Notes under the pieces: model-generated
The model's database searches: none
Seen by the model: the letters and a program-made list of their open reading frames with translations, nothing else
Told to the model about the DNA's origin: nothing
In this document: piece by piece, positions 29,984 through 40,645 of the stretch
Position numbering within the stretch: position 1 is the first letter of the stretch
Layout: every line of letters begins with the position of its first letter
From: Candidatus Multivoradales bacterium
GTDB lineage: Bacteria > Acidobacteriota > Thermoanaerobaculia > Multivoradales > JAHEKO01
NCBI GenBank assembly: GCA_965248055.1
Contig: CBDFIJ010000004.1
Coordinates: 1,920,001 to 1,984,000, forward strand
Direction: 5' to 3'
DNA length: 64,000 nucleotides
Position numbers and translations under genes: made by a program

Positions 29984-31294
29984 TCAACGCTCGAAGCGGA
30001 GAATTTCTGAAAAAGTCACTAGCGAGGCCCGCAACTGGGCGGCGGTTAGGGTGGCCGGTGGTGTCAATTGCACCACGTTATTGGAGGACAAAACCAGGAA
30101 GCCGCGCCGCCGCGCCAGGACAGCGAAATGGCTTGCCGCCGCTGCGGAGTTCAGGTGAAGGCCTTGTATCGCGCCGCGACCAGAAAGATCCAACGGCAAC
30201 TCTTGCGACTGGCCCCAGTTCTCCAACTGCTCACCCAGGTCGACGGCCCGCGATAGTAAGTCAAGGCGCCGGATTCGTTTGAGGTTGGCGAGCGCTGCAG
30301 CGCAGGCGGGGGGATAGGCGAGGAAGGTTGAGGTATGAACCGCCTCCGGGTGTTGCGAGAAATGGGCAAAGACCTCTTCGCGACCGATCACAGCAGCCAG
30401 TGGAGCGCCTCCAGAAAGCACCTTTCCACAGCACAAGAGGTCGGGGCGAACCGCATCGTGCTCGACGGCGAACCATCGTCCGGTGCGCCCGCCTCCGGTG
30501 AGTACCTCATCGGCGACCACTAGAGTGCCGTGCCGGCGCGCGACCTCGGCCACTTCGGCCAGCCAACCTTCCGCAGGCTTCTGGATTCCCTCTCTTCCCA
30601 CCACCGGCTCGAACAAAACAGCTCCAGGACGGTGACGAGCAAAGGCTCGATCGAGCTCCGACCGAGGAGCCCCGTAGGCGAGGCGGTGGAATCGATGGGC
30701 AGCAAGTAGCGTCTTGAACGGCTCGCGAAAGGCAGGCCGCGAAGTGGCGCCCAGAGCACCGAGACCGAGGCCATGATAGGCAGGATCAAACACCACCACC
30801 TTCTCTCTGCCGGTGTGCAGATAGGCAGCCTTGAGAGCTAGGTCTACGGCGTCGGATCCCGAGATCGCCCAATAGATCCTCGGTTGGTCCACCGGGGCGA
30901 TTGCGGTGAGCTGTGCGGCGAGCCGAGCGCGTAAGGGATGACCGGCAGCGTCGCTCAAGCCGAGCAGTAGTCGGTCGGCTTGTTGTTGAAGCGCGCGCAC
31001 CACCTCGGGCGGGCGATGGCCGCTGAAGGCGACGCCGAAGCCAGCAACCCAGTCGACGTAGCGGTTGCCGTCGACATCGACGACGTTGGCCCCTTTGGCG
31101 GCCGCCAACGACGGCAAGAAATCTCCAGAGGTGGATCCGTGGATTGCTGGCGCCTCGAGCGCCGACAAGGAGGCCACCAACTTGCGCGCCGCGGGCCCGG
31201 GTGGCGCCACGCGCACAGCCGGCAGCCGATCACCGCGGCCCAATAGGCGCTGGTCGCGATCAGACTTGTCGTCGACCTTGGAGCGCACGGGCAA
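29984..31294 (-). CDS. Class III PLP aminotransferase
   Basis: DVDGNRYVD, SGSDAVD, AYHG, EPVVG, ADEVLTGGGRTG, GKVLSGG. Confidence 0.92.
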   Translation of the reverse strand: MPVRSKVDDKSDRDQRLLGRGDRLPAVRVAPPGPAARKLVASLSALEAPAIHGSTSGDFLPSLAAAKGANVVDVDGNRYVDWVAGFGVAFSGHRPPEVVRALQQQADRLLLGLSDAAGHPLRARLAAQLTAIAPVDQPRIYWAISGSDAVDLALKAAYLHTGREKVVVFDPAYHGLGLGALGATSRPAFREPFKTLLAAHRFHRLAYGAPRSELDRAFARHRPGAVLFEPVVGREGIQKPAEGWLAEVAEVARRHGTLVVADEVLTGGGRTGRWFAVEHDAVRPDLLCCGKVLSGGAPLAAVIGREEVFAHFSQHPEAVHTSTFLAYPPACAAALANLKRIRRLDLLSRAVDLGEQLENWGQSQELPLDLSGRGAIQGLHLNSAAAASHFAVLARRRGFLVLSSNNVVQLTPPATLTAAQLRASLVTFSEILRFER

Positions 31295-31853
31295 GCGTGA
31301 CTTCGTCGGTGTACTCGATATCTCCGCCGACCGGCATGCCGAAGGCGATGCGCGACACGTTGGGTGCCGGGTTGCCGTTGGCTGTTTCTTTGAGTCGGCG
31401 CGAGAGGTACAAGGCGGTGGCTTCTCCCTCGACGTTGGGGTTGGTGGCGAGGATCACCTCTTGGACCGGACCCAGGCGAAGCATCAAGGAGTTGACGGTA
31501 AGGTCTTGCGGCCCGATCCCCCGTTGGGGAGAAATTGCACCGCGCAGCACGTGGTAACGACCGCGAAACCCCGCGCGTTCCAGGGGTTGGATATTGAACG
31601 GCTGCTCCACTACACACAACAGAGCTGGGTCTCGCTCACGATCGGTGCAATAGCGGCAAGGGTCGACGTCGGTGATGGCAAAGCATTGGCTGCAATCAAA
31701 GATCGATTCCTTGACCGACTCAATCGCCGCGGCCAAGGCGTTGGCGTCCGCTGGCGTCACGCGAACTAGGTGATAAGCAAGTCGACTGGCGGTCTTGGGT
31801 CCGACCCCTGGGAGTCGCGCCAGCTCGGCGATCAAACGATTGAGAGATTCCAT
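31260..31853 (-). CDS. recR: Recombination mediator RecR
   Basis: LPGVGPKTA, CSQC..CRYC, ILATNPNVEGEATA, GGDIEYTD. Confidence 0.98.
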   Translation of the reverse strand: MESLNRLIAELARLPGVGPKTASRLAYHLVRVTPADANALAAAIESVKESIFDCSQCFAITDVDPCRYCTDRERDPALLCVVEQPFNIQPLERAGFRGRYHVLRGAISPQRGIGPQDLTVNSLMLRLGPVQEVILATNPNVEGEATALYLSRRLKETANGNPAPNVSRIAFGMPVGGDIEYTDEVTLARALQGRRQV

Positions 31854-31881
31854 GGAGTTTTGCGGTGACACTGGTGTCGCG

Positions 31882-32190
31882 CTAAGACATCCCAGGCATG
31901 CCCGGCATCAAGCCGCCGAGCTTGGACTGCATCTGCTCATCGACTTGGCGCCCGGCTTCGTTGACCGCCGCCAAAACCAAATCCTGCAACATTGCGACAT
32001 CTGGGTCGCCAGCCTCATTGCTATCCAAAACTGCGGGATCGATACTCACCGACAGCAGCTGTTTGCGTCCGCTCATGGTGACGCCGACCGCGCCGCCGCC
32101 CACCGAAGCTTCCACTACCAGCTGGTCCAATTCCTGTTCCATGCGCTCTTGCATTCCGCGTGCTTGTTCCATCAGTTTTTTGACGTTCAT
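31882..32190 (-). CDS. ybaB: YbaB/EbfC nucleoid-associated protein
   Basis: GGGAVGVTMSG, LQDLVLAAVNEA; dnaX-ybaB-recR synteny. Confidence 0.96.
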   Translation of the reverse strand: MNVKKLMEQARGMQERMEQELDQLVVEASVGGGAVGVTMSGRKQLLSVSIDPAVLDSNEAGDPDVAMLQDLVLAAVNEAGRQVDEQMQSKLGGLMPGMPGMS

Positions 32191-32201
32191 GGCTTTACGC
32201 T

Positions 32202-34304
32202 CTACTCCTTACGCCGAGAGACCGAGGTCACCTCTCCATTGAAGATATCGAGAACCGTCTGCACCTGAGGATGACCGAGTACATCTTGGCTTGGCTCCAC
32301 TCCCGGATTGCCGTTGGCTGAGCGATTCGCTGCGGGGCGAGCCGGCTCAGCCCCCTCGACCAATGTAGCGTTCGCGGATGCGCCAAGAAGCTCCCGAACC
32401 GCCTCGGAAACAACCTGTTGATTCCCAGCCCGGCTCCACGCCCGCACCAAAAGCTGGTCGTCGGGCGCATGAGAAACAGATAACCGCTGTCCATCGATAG
32501 ATATTTCGGCGCGCACCAGATGCGAAGCCAGAGAGGGCTTACTGGTGCGGACTAGTTCAATAAAGCGAGCGGCAACCGCTGCGGGGTCCGTGATCACTGG
32601 GTCCGGGTTTTCTTCTTTGACTTCAAGAACCACATCGCCACTGGCCTCGGCGCTTTCACTTGGCTTCGACGCAGGGTCTTTGGCAGCTAAGTGTTTGAAA
32701 GCCGAGTCTTCGGACGTCGGGTCTTCGAGAGGCTGGTCATCGAGAGCTTGTTCTTCGATAGGCAGCCCTTCGAGCACCGGACTCTCTCTCGGCCGGTTCT
32801 CGAGAGGCGAAGTGGCGCTTGTCAAGTCTTCTGGCAGGCTTATCGGTTGTTCTTCGCTGGGGGCCGTCTTGGGGTTCTCTGGGGTCGCGTCTTGTTGTGC
32901 GGCTGCGGTTTCTGCCTTCGGAGCGTCTTCGGCTGAGTTGCCCTGTGCGGCCGTCTCTGGTTCTGGCTCGCCGGAGACCGGCTCTGTGCTCTGTACTTTT
33001 TTAGGTCGTGTTTTCTTGGGAGGCACCTTCTCAAGCGGAGGCTTTTTTGAAGCGTCTTCGTTGAGACTAACCTCTGGAGAGCCAGCCTCTGGAGATTCAG
33101 GTTTGGTCTCAACCGCTGGTGAAGCGGGCGAGGATGCCTTCGCCTCAGGATCGAGTGTCGCGCTACCCCCCGATCCGCCGGGTAGGCGCCCAGACAACAA
33201 GGCCTCTATGGACGACAAACGCGGGAGCTCAGCGGCTCGCAACAACGCCAACTCGAAGGCCAAGAACGGGGAGTCGACTTGGCGCAGCAGAAGCTCACTG
33301 TCCAATAGATGTTGCACTAGGCGCAGTACGTTTTGATACCCGAGGTCTTGGACCACTGCGGTAAGCCCCTCGATTTCATCCCCGGGCAAATCAATCGATT
33401 CCACCGGCACTCCTACGGCGAGATGAAGAGCTTCCCGAGCGTAGCCAAGCAGTTCGGTATAGATCCGTCGCGGATCGCGCCCAGTGCTGCGAATCTCAGC
33501 AACCAAGGCGCTAACCGCTGCCGAGTCACCCACTGAGACCAGGGAGAAGAGTTGCGCCAGGGCGGTCAAGTCCAAGCCGCCGAGCAAACGCGCAACCTCA
33601 GAATCGTTAATCGTGCCGTCACCCAGGGTCGCCATTTGATCCAGCAACGCGACCGCGTCACGCACGCTGCCCTCTGCGGCGCGCGCGATCCTTCGCAGGC
33701 TGCCAGCCGCAGCGGAAAGCGACTCTCCTTCGCACAGATGTTCTAGGTGTGAGGTTAAAAGGTCTGCTGGCACCCGACGAAAAGAGAACTCTTGGCAACG
33801 GGACAAGATAGTTGCCGGTACCGCGTCGACATCGGTGGTGGCAAAAATAAAAACTAAATGCTCCGGCGGCTCCTCGACAATCTTGAGCAGGGCGTCAAAG
33901 GCTTGGCGTGACAACCGATGCACTTCGTCCAAGATGACGACCTTGTAGTTGCCCCCAGACGGGCCGTACTGCAAACCATCGGTCAGGTCGCGAATTTGAT
34001 CCACCTTGGAATAGGTCGCGGCGTCGACTTCAACCACATCAATCGAAGACCCAGAGGTGATTTCTTTGCAGTTCGCGCAGTTGTTGCACGGTTCGCCACC
34101 GTCGCTATCGGTGCAGTTCAAGGCCTTAGCGAGAATCCGCGCGACGCTGGTTTTGCCTACCCCGCGAATGCCCGAGAATAGATAGGCCTGAGCAATGCGC
34201 TGATCGCGCAAGGCGTTGGTTAACGCCCGAACAACCGGCTCTTGCCCAACCACCTCAGCGAACCGCTGGGGTCGAGAACGACGGGCGAGAATTTGGTAGC
34301 TCAT
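32202..34304 (-). CDS. dnaX: DNA polymerase III subunit gamma/tau
   Basis: LARRSRPQRF, GIRGVGKTS, LDEVH, TILSRC, GSVRDA; long acidic/Pro linker. Confidence 0.98.
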   Translation of the reverse strand: MSYQILARRSRPQRFAEVVGQEPVVRALTNALRDQRIAQAYLFSGIRGVGKTSVARILAKALNCTDSDGGEPCNNCANCKEITSGSSIDVVEVDAATYSKVDQIRDLTDGLQYGPSGGNYKVVILDEVHRLSRQAFDALLKIVEEPPEHLVFIFATTDVDAVPATILSRCQEFSFRRVPADLLTSHLEHLCEGESLSAAAGSLRRIARAAEGSVRDAVALLDQMATLGDGTINDSEVARLLGGLDLTALAQLFSLVSVGDSAAVSALVAEIRSTGRDPRRIYTELLGYAREALHLAVGVPVESIDLPGDEIEGLTAVVQDLGYQNVLRLVQHLLDSELLLRQVDSPFLAFELALLRAAELPRLSSIEALLSGRLPGGSGGSATLDPEAKASSPASPAVETKPESPEAGSPEVSLNEDASKKPPLEKVPPKKTRPKKVQSTEPVSGEPEPETAAQGNSAEDAPKAETAAAQQDATPENPKTAPSEEQPISLPEDLTSATSPLENRPRESPVLEGLPIEEQALDDQPLEDPTSEDSAFKHLAAKDPASKPSESAEASGDVVLEVKEENPDPVITDPAAVAARFIELVRTSKPSLASHLVRAEISIDGQRLSVSHAPDDQLLVRAWSRAGNQQVVSEAVRELLGASANATLVEGAEPARPAANRSANGNPGVEPSQDVLGHPQVQTVLDIFNGEVTSVSRRKE

Positions 34305-34347
34305 GGAGACGGAATTTTGAGTAGCAGGAGCAACGATAAAAAACCAT

Positions 34348-34482
34348 GGCCAGTGGTCGGCGAAGGGCCCCGGCTATGCTGCAGCACCCGAGCAAATCAC
34401 CTTATCGCTGCTCCCTTTCGGGCCTGACGAGGTTCGGAGCTGCCCGGCGCACAGGGCCCGAACCCTTCGCCGACCACTGGCC
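34348..34482 (-). ncRNA. ffs: Signal recognition particle RNA (4.5S)
   Basis: Minus strand GUCAGGCCCGAAAGGGAGCAGC domain IV; 20-bp terminal stem; lies upstream of dnaX. Confidence 0.93.
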
Positions 34483-34489
34483 GAAAACC

Positions 34490-34518
34490 ATCGTATTCCT
34501 GCTGGCTCTGGTTGTAAA
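34490..34518 (-). promoter_or_regulatory. Sigma70-type promoter for ffs(-dnaX)
   Basis: TTTACA-17 bp-TACGAT, 7 nt before the SRP stem. Confidence 0.65.
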
Positions 34519-34604
34519 GCAAGCTGCAGCCCCGGTTTACCTTTGTGTGTGGGGGCGCGTAAGATAACCCGCCGGTCGGGTTTCGAGGTGCCGGGTTGGG
34601 CCGC

Positions 34605-35087
34605 ATGCAAGGGCACGAACCATGGATGGAACTGGCGCTCGAGCTAGCACGCCGCGCGGCGCGCGAAGGTGAAGTTCCGGTTGGGGCGGTGTTGGTTCGA
34701 GACGGGAAAGTGCTCGGCTCTGGTCGCAATCGGCGAGAGCAGAACGGTGATCCGTTGGCTCATGCGGAAATAGAGGCGATTCGCCATGCCGTCCAACGCG
34801 ACAGGGTGGAGCGCGGGTGGCGCCTGAATGGGACCACCATGTATGTAACCCTCGAACCGTGTGCGATGTGTGCCGGTGCGCTGGTCGCGGCCCGGGTCGA
34901 CGAGTTGGTTTTTGCCACCGAAGACCCGAAAGGTGGTTACTGCGGTACCTTGGGTAATCTAGTTCAAGACCCAAGGTTGAACCATCGCATGGATGTCGTA
35001 GCTGGGGTTTGTAAGGAGCAGAGTCAAGAGCTGCTGCGATCTTTTTTTGCTTCGCTTCGCGGAGCGAGAAAGAAAACGCCGAGCTAG
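34605..35087 (+). CDS. tadA: tRNA adenosine(34) deaminase TadA
   Basis: GEVPVGAV, AHAEI, VTLEPCAMCAGA, LNHR. Confidence 0.96.
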   Translation: MQGHEPWMELALELARRAAREGEVPVGAVLVRDGKVLGSGRNRREQNGDPLAHAEIEAIRHAVQRDRVERGWRLNGTTMYVTLEPCAMCAGALVAARVDELVFATEDPKGGYCGTLGNLVQDPRLNHRMDVVAGVCKEQSQELLRSFFASLRGARKKTPS

Positions 35088-35142
35088 TTTCTCTGCCTCT
35101 TTGAGTTGGGGTTCTTTGACAACGTTGATTTACCGAGAACAC

Positions 35143-35628
<486 letters not shown>

Positions 35629-35659
35629 TTCTGTCTTGTGTAAATCGAGATAGGAAAAA

Positions 35660-36053
<394 letters not shown>

Positions 36054-36058
<5 letters not shown>

Positions 36059-36113
36059 CACAGGCAACTGGGTGCGGCGGGGATTGACCGCAAAGCCTTG
36101 TCTCTGCTAGGTT
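36054..36113 (+). promoter_or_regulatory. DnaA box plus putative rpmH promoter
   Basis: TTTTCCACA 36054-36062; TTGACC(36084)-18 bp-TAGGTT preceded by TG. Confidence 0.55.
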
Positions 36114-36219
36114 TTGCAGTCGCCGAGTGACAATGAGTGCTTGAGCGACAATTATTGAAGACTGCCTACTAGGCGCACGAACGACAAGAAATCGAAACCA
36201 AGCTCGGAGGGACTGAGCT

Positions 36220-36354
36220 GTGAAAAGAACGTATCAGCCGAATAACCGGCGCAGAAAAAAGAAGCATGGCTTCCGGTCTCGGATGCGCACCCGGTTTGGC
36301 CGGGCAATCCTTAGGCGGCGACGTAGCAAGGGAAGAAAGCGCCTCACCGTTTAA
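36220..36354 (+). CDS. rpmH: 50S ribosomal protein L34
   Basis: Hand-translated from GTG: [44 protein letters not shown]; GGAGG SD; below ORF-track cutoff. Confidence 0.98.
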   Translation: MKRTYQPNNRRRKKKHGFRSRMRTRFGRAILRRRRSKGRKRLTV

Positions 36355-36370
36355 CGGTTGAGATCTGGAC

Positions 36371-36721
36371 TTGTCTGGCGAAGCAATTCGACGCGATCAA
36401 CGGCTAAGAAAAAAAGAACATTTTCACCGTTGCTATCGACGCGGTCGCCGAATTCAAGGTCAGTACCTTGCGGTTCACTTTGCTAGGAACGAACAACAAA
36501 GTTGTCGCATCGGGGTCACCGTAACCCGCAAAGTGGGCAACGCAGTTGTTCGTAACCGACTCAAAAGGCGAGCGCGAGAAATCTATCGACAATGGCCATT
36601 TCGGCAACAGCTTTCCGGTTTGGATCTGGTGGTGCATTTCTATCCTCAAGCGAGCAAGGCTCACTTCAAGCACGTCCAAGCAGACTTGCACCAGATCTTG
36701 ACCCGCCTCAACGAACTCTAA
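36371..36721 (+). CDS. rnpA: RNase P protein component
   Basis: RIGVTVTRKVGNAVVRNRLKRRARE. Confidence 0.97.
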   Translation: MSGEAIRRDQRLRKKEHFHRCYRRGRRIQGQYLAVHFARNEQQSCRIGVTVTRKVGNAVVRNRLKRRAREIYRQWPFRQQLSGLDLVVHFYPQASKAHFKHVQADLHQILTRLNEL

Positions 36722-36927
36722 TGGCAGCGATAGCTCTCGGATTGTTACGCGGCTATAAACGCTGGTTGTCGCCCTTGTTGCCCTCTGCTTGTCGTTTTCA
36801 CCCGACTTGCTCGGAGTACGCACAGATGGCAGTTGAGCAATATGGCGCTGGCAAAGGCCTGTGGAAGGCGACCGGTCGACTGTTGCGTTGCCACCCGTTT
36901 CATCCTGGGGGCGTTGACTACCCTTGA
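36721..36927 (+). CDS. yidD: Membrane protein insertion efficiency factor YidD
   Basis: YKRWLSP..CRFHPTCSEY..RCHPFHPGGVDYP; ATG 36721. Confidence 0.96.
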   Translation: MAAIALGLLRGYKRWLSPLLPSACRFHPTCSEYAQMAVEQYGAGKGLWKATGRLLRCHPFHPGGVDYP

Positions 36928-36969
36928 TCACTGGCGAAGAAATTCGACGGCAAATAAGAGAGCACTACA

Positions 36970-38745
36970 TTGGATCAAAAAAGACTACTCATAGCGGCGA
37001 TTCTTTCGCTGGTGGTGTTGTTCGGCTGGCAGGCGCTTTTCCCGCCGGTTGACCCGGCGATCGTTGATCCAGCGGCCGAGGTTTCCGAGGGAACCCCAGC
37101 GAAAAACGAGCCAGAAACGGACCCGATCAACGACCTGACGCCCAGCCCGCAGCCCGAGGCGTCTCAATCTGCAACCGACACTTCGCTGGAGATCTCGGAG
37201 TTGACTCTGGGGCCGTTTGTCGATGAGAGCGTCGCCCAGTTTCCAGTTCGCGCTGGTGATCGTGAGCAGGTGGTGGTGATTGAGTCCGGCTCCCACCGCG
37301 CGGAGTTCACCAACCGTGGTGGCGTACTGCAGCACTACACGCTCCTGGATCGCGAAGAGACCGGAGGCGGTGAACTGGATTTGGTTCGTCGTCGAGAAGG
37401 CGGCTTGATGCCGTTTGCTTTGGTCGATGAACTAGGACAGCCGATGGCGGCAAACAACGAGCTGTTCGATGTAGAGAAGGGTTCCGACTGGGTTCGCCTG
37501 ATGTTTTCCGACGGCAACCAGCGAGTCGAAAAACACTGGCAGTTGTTAGCGGAGGGGGAGCTCTCTTTTAGCGTTTCAGTCTCAGGAGCGGAAAACTGGG
37601 GCTGGCACCTGGGCCCCGGCGTAAGGAACCCACCGGAAGCCGAGTCCAAGAGTCGGATGATGCGCCGCAATGCGGTTTACTACGCTGCGGACAAAGTCGA
37701 AACGATTACTTCAAGGAAGGCTACTGCGCCGGTGAGCCTAGCTGCTACCGGGGCCTCCTGGTTCGGAATTGCTGACAACTACTTTCTCGCCGCGGTGATC
37801 CCAGAGACTAAGTCTGGAGAATTTCGTTTCGTGCCCTTTCGCAGCACCGCCGGAAACAGCGGAAGTGGTATCTGGGTGGCACCAGGGCCAGTTTTTGAGG
37901 CCACCTCTGCAGAGTCAACCGAGTGGGGGGCCTGGGTTTTTCCTGCCGCAGAAACCTGGGATGGAAAGCTCTACCTGGGTACCAAAACCTTGTCACAACT
38001 CAAGGCGGTTGCCCCGGGTCTTGAGAAAACGGTGCATACGGGTTACTTGAAAATCCTAGCCCATCCGCTGCACTTGGCGCTGCTTTGGATCCATGACCAC
38101 ATCGTCGCCAACTACGGTTGGTCGATTGTCTTGCTCACCTTGTTGATGCGCATCTTGTTGTTTCCATTAACCCACAAGAGCGCGGTTTCGATGCGCAAGA
38201 TGCAAGCGCTGAATCCTCGAATTCAAAGCATCAAGGGTAAGTATCGACCCAAGTTGAAGGACAAACAAGGTCGACCCAACGTTGAGATGCAACGCAAGAT
38301 GAACGAAGAGGTCATGGGGTTGTACAAATCTGAAGGCGCCAACCCGGCCGGTGGCTGTCTGCCGATGTTGTTGCAGATGCCGGTATTTATTGCCTTTTAC
38401 AGCATGCTGCCGGTGGCGGTGGAACTACGCAACGCGCCGTGGATGCTGTGGATCAAAGACCTCTCGATGCCGGATCCTTTGTACGCGCTGCCGATCATTA
38501 TGGGCGCGAGCCAGTTGATCATGCAGCGACTGATGCCCTCGACTGGCGACAAAGCCCAGCAGAGAATTATGCTGATCATGCCGATCTTCTTTACCTTTAT
38601 GTTCCTCAAGTTTGCCGCTGGCTTGGTGCTGTACTGGTTAACCGGCAACCTGCTTGGAATCGGCCAACAACTTTTGACCAATCGACTTCTTGGCCCGCCG
38701 CTGAGCTCCCAAAGCGATAGCGCTGCCAAGAAGAAGCCTGCCTAA
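36970..38745 (+). CDS. yidC: Membrane protein insertase YidC
   Basis: MDQKRLLIA, NYGWSIVLLT, GGCLPMLLQMP, WIKDLS, GLVLYW. Confidence 0.98.
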   Translation: MDQKRLLIAAILSLVVLFGWQALFPPVDPAIVDPAAEVSEGTPAKNEPETDPINDLTPSPQPEASQSATDTSLEISELTLGPFVDESVAQFPVRAGDREQVVVIESGSHRAEFTNRGGVLQHYTLLDREETGGGELDLVRRREGGLMPFALVDELGQPMAANNELFDVEKGSDWVRLMFSDGNQRVEKHWQLLAEGELSFSVSVSGAENWGWHLGPGVRNPPEAESKSRMMRRNAVYYAADKVETITSRKATAPVSLAATGASWFGIADNYFLAAVIPETKSGEFRFVPFRSTAGNSGSGIWVAPGPVFEATSAESTEWGAWVFPAAETWDGKLYLGTKTLSQLKAVAPGLEKTVHTGYLKILAHPLHLALLWIHDHIVANYGWSIVLLTLLMRILLFPLTHKSAVSMRKMQALNPRIQSIKGKYRPKLKDKQGRPNVEMQRKMNEEVMGLYKSEGANPAGGCLPMLLQMPVFIAFYSMLPVAVELRNAPWMLWIKDLSMPDPLYALPIIMGASQLIMQRLMPSTGDKAQQRIMLIMPIFFTFMFLKFAAGLVLYWLTGNLLGIGQQLLTNRLLGPPLSSQSDSAAKKKPA

Positions 38746-38765
38746 CTAAGAATAGGAATCAAGCA

Positions 38766-39959
38766 ATGACAGAGCGCAGATATTTTTCCGGCAATAGCAT
38801 TGAGCAGGCGGTGATGAGCGCCGCCCGCCACTACAAGGTCGACCCCAAGAATTTGTCGTACAAGGAAATGGAAAAAAAGCACGGCTTCGTCAAGACGCGC
38901 CGAGGGGTAGTGATTGAAGTGGATCCGAGCAATCCACGCAAGCCCTTGAGCGATGAAGAGGCATACCAGCGTGCGATGAAGATGGACCCCGAAGCGCACT
39001 TGGGTCGCGACCCACAGGATCCGAGTTACGTCACCGACCCCTCGCAGCCGTCGCGACGTCGGCAACGGAGACCTTCCCGACCCCGGACCGGTGGTTCGAA
39101 TCAAGCTAACGCCGAGAGTTCAAGGCCGCCACGGAAGGAAGCGAAACGAGACCAGCGCGAGGTGCAGCCTCGCAGCAACGGGGATCGGGCGAGCAGGGAT
39201 CGAGGCAGGCAAGCTCAAGCTGGGCGAGATCAGAGTAGACCCAGTCACAACGGCCGAGACCAAGGCAACACCCACAGGAGTCGCGACGTCGAGGGGGGTG
39301 CTCGCAATCAACGAGATCGAGCACCACAAGAGCCAAGGACCCAGGAATCAAGGACCCAGGAACCCCGGAATCAGGAACCGAGCACTCAAGAGTCGAAGGT
39401 CCAACAACCTCAAGGACGGCAAGCGGAAATGCGCCCGGAGCGCCAGCCGGAAATGCCCCGGCGAGTGATCACTTCAACCACATCGGTCGCCCGGACTAAG
39501 CCGGAAGCGCAGGGTCCAGCCGCCGAGGCAGCACATTCTGGAATCACCAGCCTGCTCGGGCTTGCCGGGCTAGACCTACAGATAAAAGTGCATCAAGGTG
39601 AGGATCGACTCGAGGTCGACCTCGCTGGAGTCGACGAAAAGAGGGTCACCCAACGTGGTGGTGAGCCCTTGGCAGCCTTGCAGCAGTTGATGCCGAGCCT
39701 GATCCGTTCGGAAACCGGCGAGCGGGTATTTTGTCGCGTCGATTGCGACGGCTTTCACGAAATCCAAGAAGAACGGCTCCGCGATTTGGCCCAACGGGTC
39801 GCGGGCAAGGTTGGACGTGGACAACGGGCCCAAGTTTTGGAGTCGATGCCGCCAGCGGAGCGACGCATTGTCCACATGACCTTGGCCGATGACCCTGCGG
39901 TGTCGACCGAGAGTCTCGGCAATGGCTACTTCAAACGAATTCGGGTATCGCCGGTTTAG
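38766..39959 (+). CDS. jag: Jag/KhpB (EloR) RNA-binding protein
   Basis: Jag_N (FSGNSIEQAV), KH-like region, R3H (MPPAERRIVHMTL..TESLG); follows yidC. Confidence 0.92.
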   Translation: MTERRYFSGNSIEQAVMSAARHYKVDPKNLSYKEMEKKHGFVKTRRGVVIEVDPSNPRKPLSDEEAYQRAMKMDPEAHLGRDPQDPSYVTDPSQPSRRRQRRPSRPRTGGSNQANAESSRPPRKEAKRDQREVQPRSNGDRASRDRGRQAQAGRDQSRPSHNGRDQGNTHRSRDVEGGARNQRDRAPQEPRTQESRTQEPRNQEPSTQESKVQQPQGRQAEMRPERQPEMPRRVITSTTSVARTKPEAQGPAAEAAHSGITSLLGLAGLDLQIKVHQGEDRLEVDLAGVDEKRVTQRGGEPLAALQQLMPSLIRSETGERVFCRVDCDGFHEIQEERLRDLAQRVAGKVGRGQRAQVLESMPPAERRIVHMTLADDPAVSTESLGNGYFKRIRVSPV

Positions 39960-39984
39960 CCCGCGAGTGCCCCTTGGAGCACCT

Positions 39985-40641
39985 TCAGCTTTTGGCGCGG
40001 CGGTAACAGCGCAACGCGCGCTGGCCGGCCAAGGTGACAGTTTTCTGCCATTGCCAATCGGGATGGTTGGGCTCAGCTCCCTCGCCCCAGGCCAACCAAC
40101 AGGCTTCTGGAACCAAGAGATCCTCTAGTGAGCGCTGATAAGACTCGACCCGGATTGCACGCGCGGTGAAAGCTGCAAAGCGTCGACCGAGAGAGCCTTC
40201 TGTGATGTCGCTGCCATCCCAGTGTCCTGACACGATTCGGCATTGAGGGAGCTCCATCGCCGCCGCCGCTTGGCGTAGGAAAGCGACCTTGCGTTCACGG
40301 GCTTCGAGCAAAACAAATTCTTGGTCGGGGCGACAAGCAGCCAGGACTAAGCCGGGAAAACCCCCTCCAGAACCGAAGTCGAGAACCGGACCCTGCGGCA
40401 GCAGCGGCAACCCGGCCAAAGATTCTCCGTAATGGCGCGCCGGAGCTTGATCTACCGAGCCACGACCAATCAACCCAACCGTGGGGTTCCAGCGGCGGAG
40501 TAACCGGTAATGGACGAAAAGGCGTCTCCAGATTGCCTCGTGGAGTTCGATCCCAGGGGTGAGAAAAGAAGAGCTCTCGGCCAAAATAGTTTGGCGAAAT
40601 TCACCAAAACCAAGACCCGGAAGACTGCGCTCAGGGTTCAC
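39985..40641 (-). CDS. rsmG: 16S rRNA m7G527 methyltransferase RsmG (GidB)
   Basis: WNPTVGL, RHYGESL, DFGSGGGFPGL, EARERKVAFL, ARA. Confidence 0.92.
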   Translation of the reverse strand: MNPERSLPGLGFGEFRQTILAESSSFLTPGIELHEAIWRRLFVHYRLLRRWNPTVGLIGRGSVDQAPARHYGESLAGLPLLPQGPVLDFGSGGGFPGLVLAACRPDQEFVLLEARERKVAFLRQAAAAMELPQCRIVSGHWDGSDITEGSLGRRFAAFTARAIRVESYQRSLEDLLVPEACWLAWGEGAEPNHPDWQWQKTVTLAGQRALRCYRRAKS

Positions 40642-40645
40642 TTAC

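Noticed and set aside
32545-33336. 263-aa plus-strand ORF opposite dnaX and other long antisense ORFs
   Set aside because: Shadow frames of GC-rich or low-complexity coding sequence
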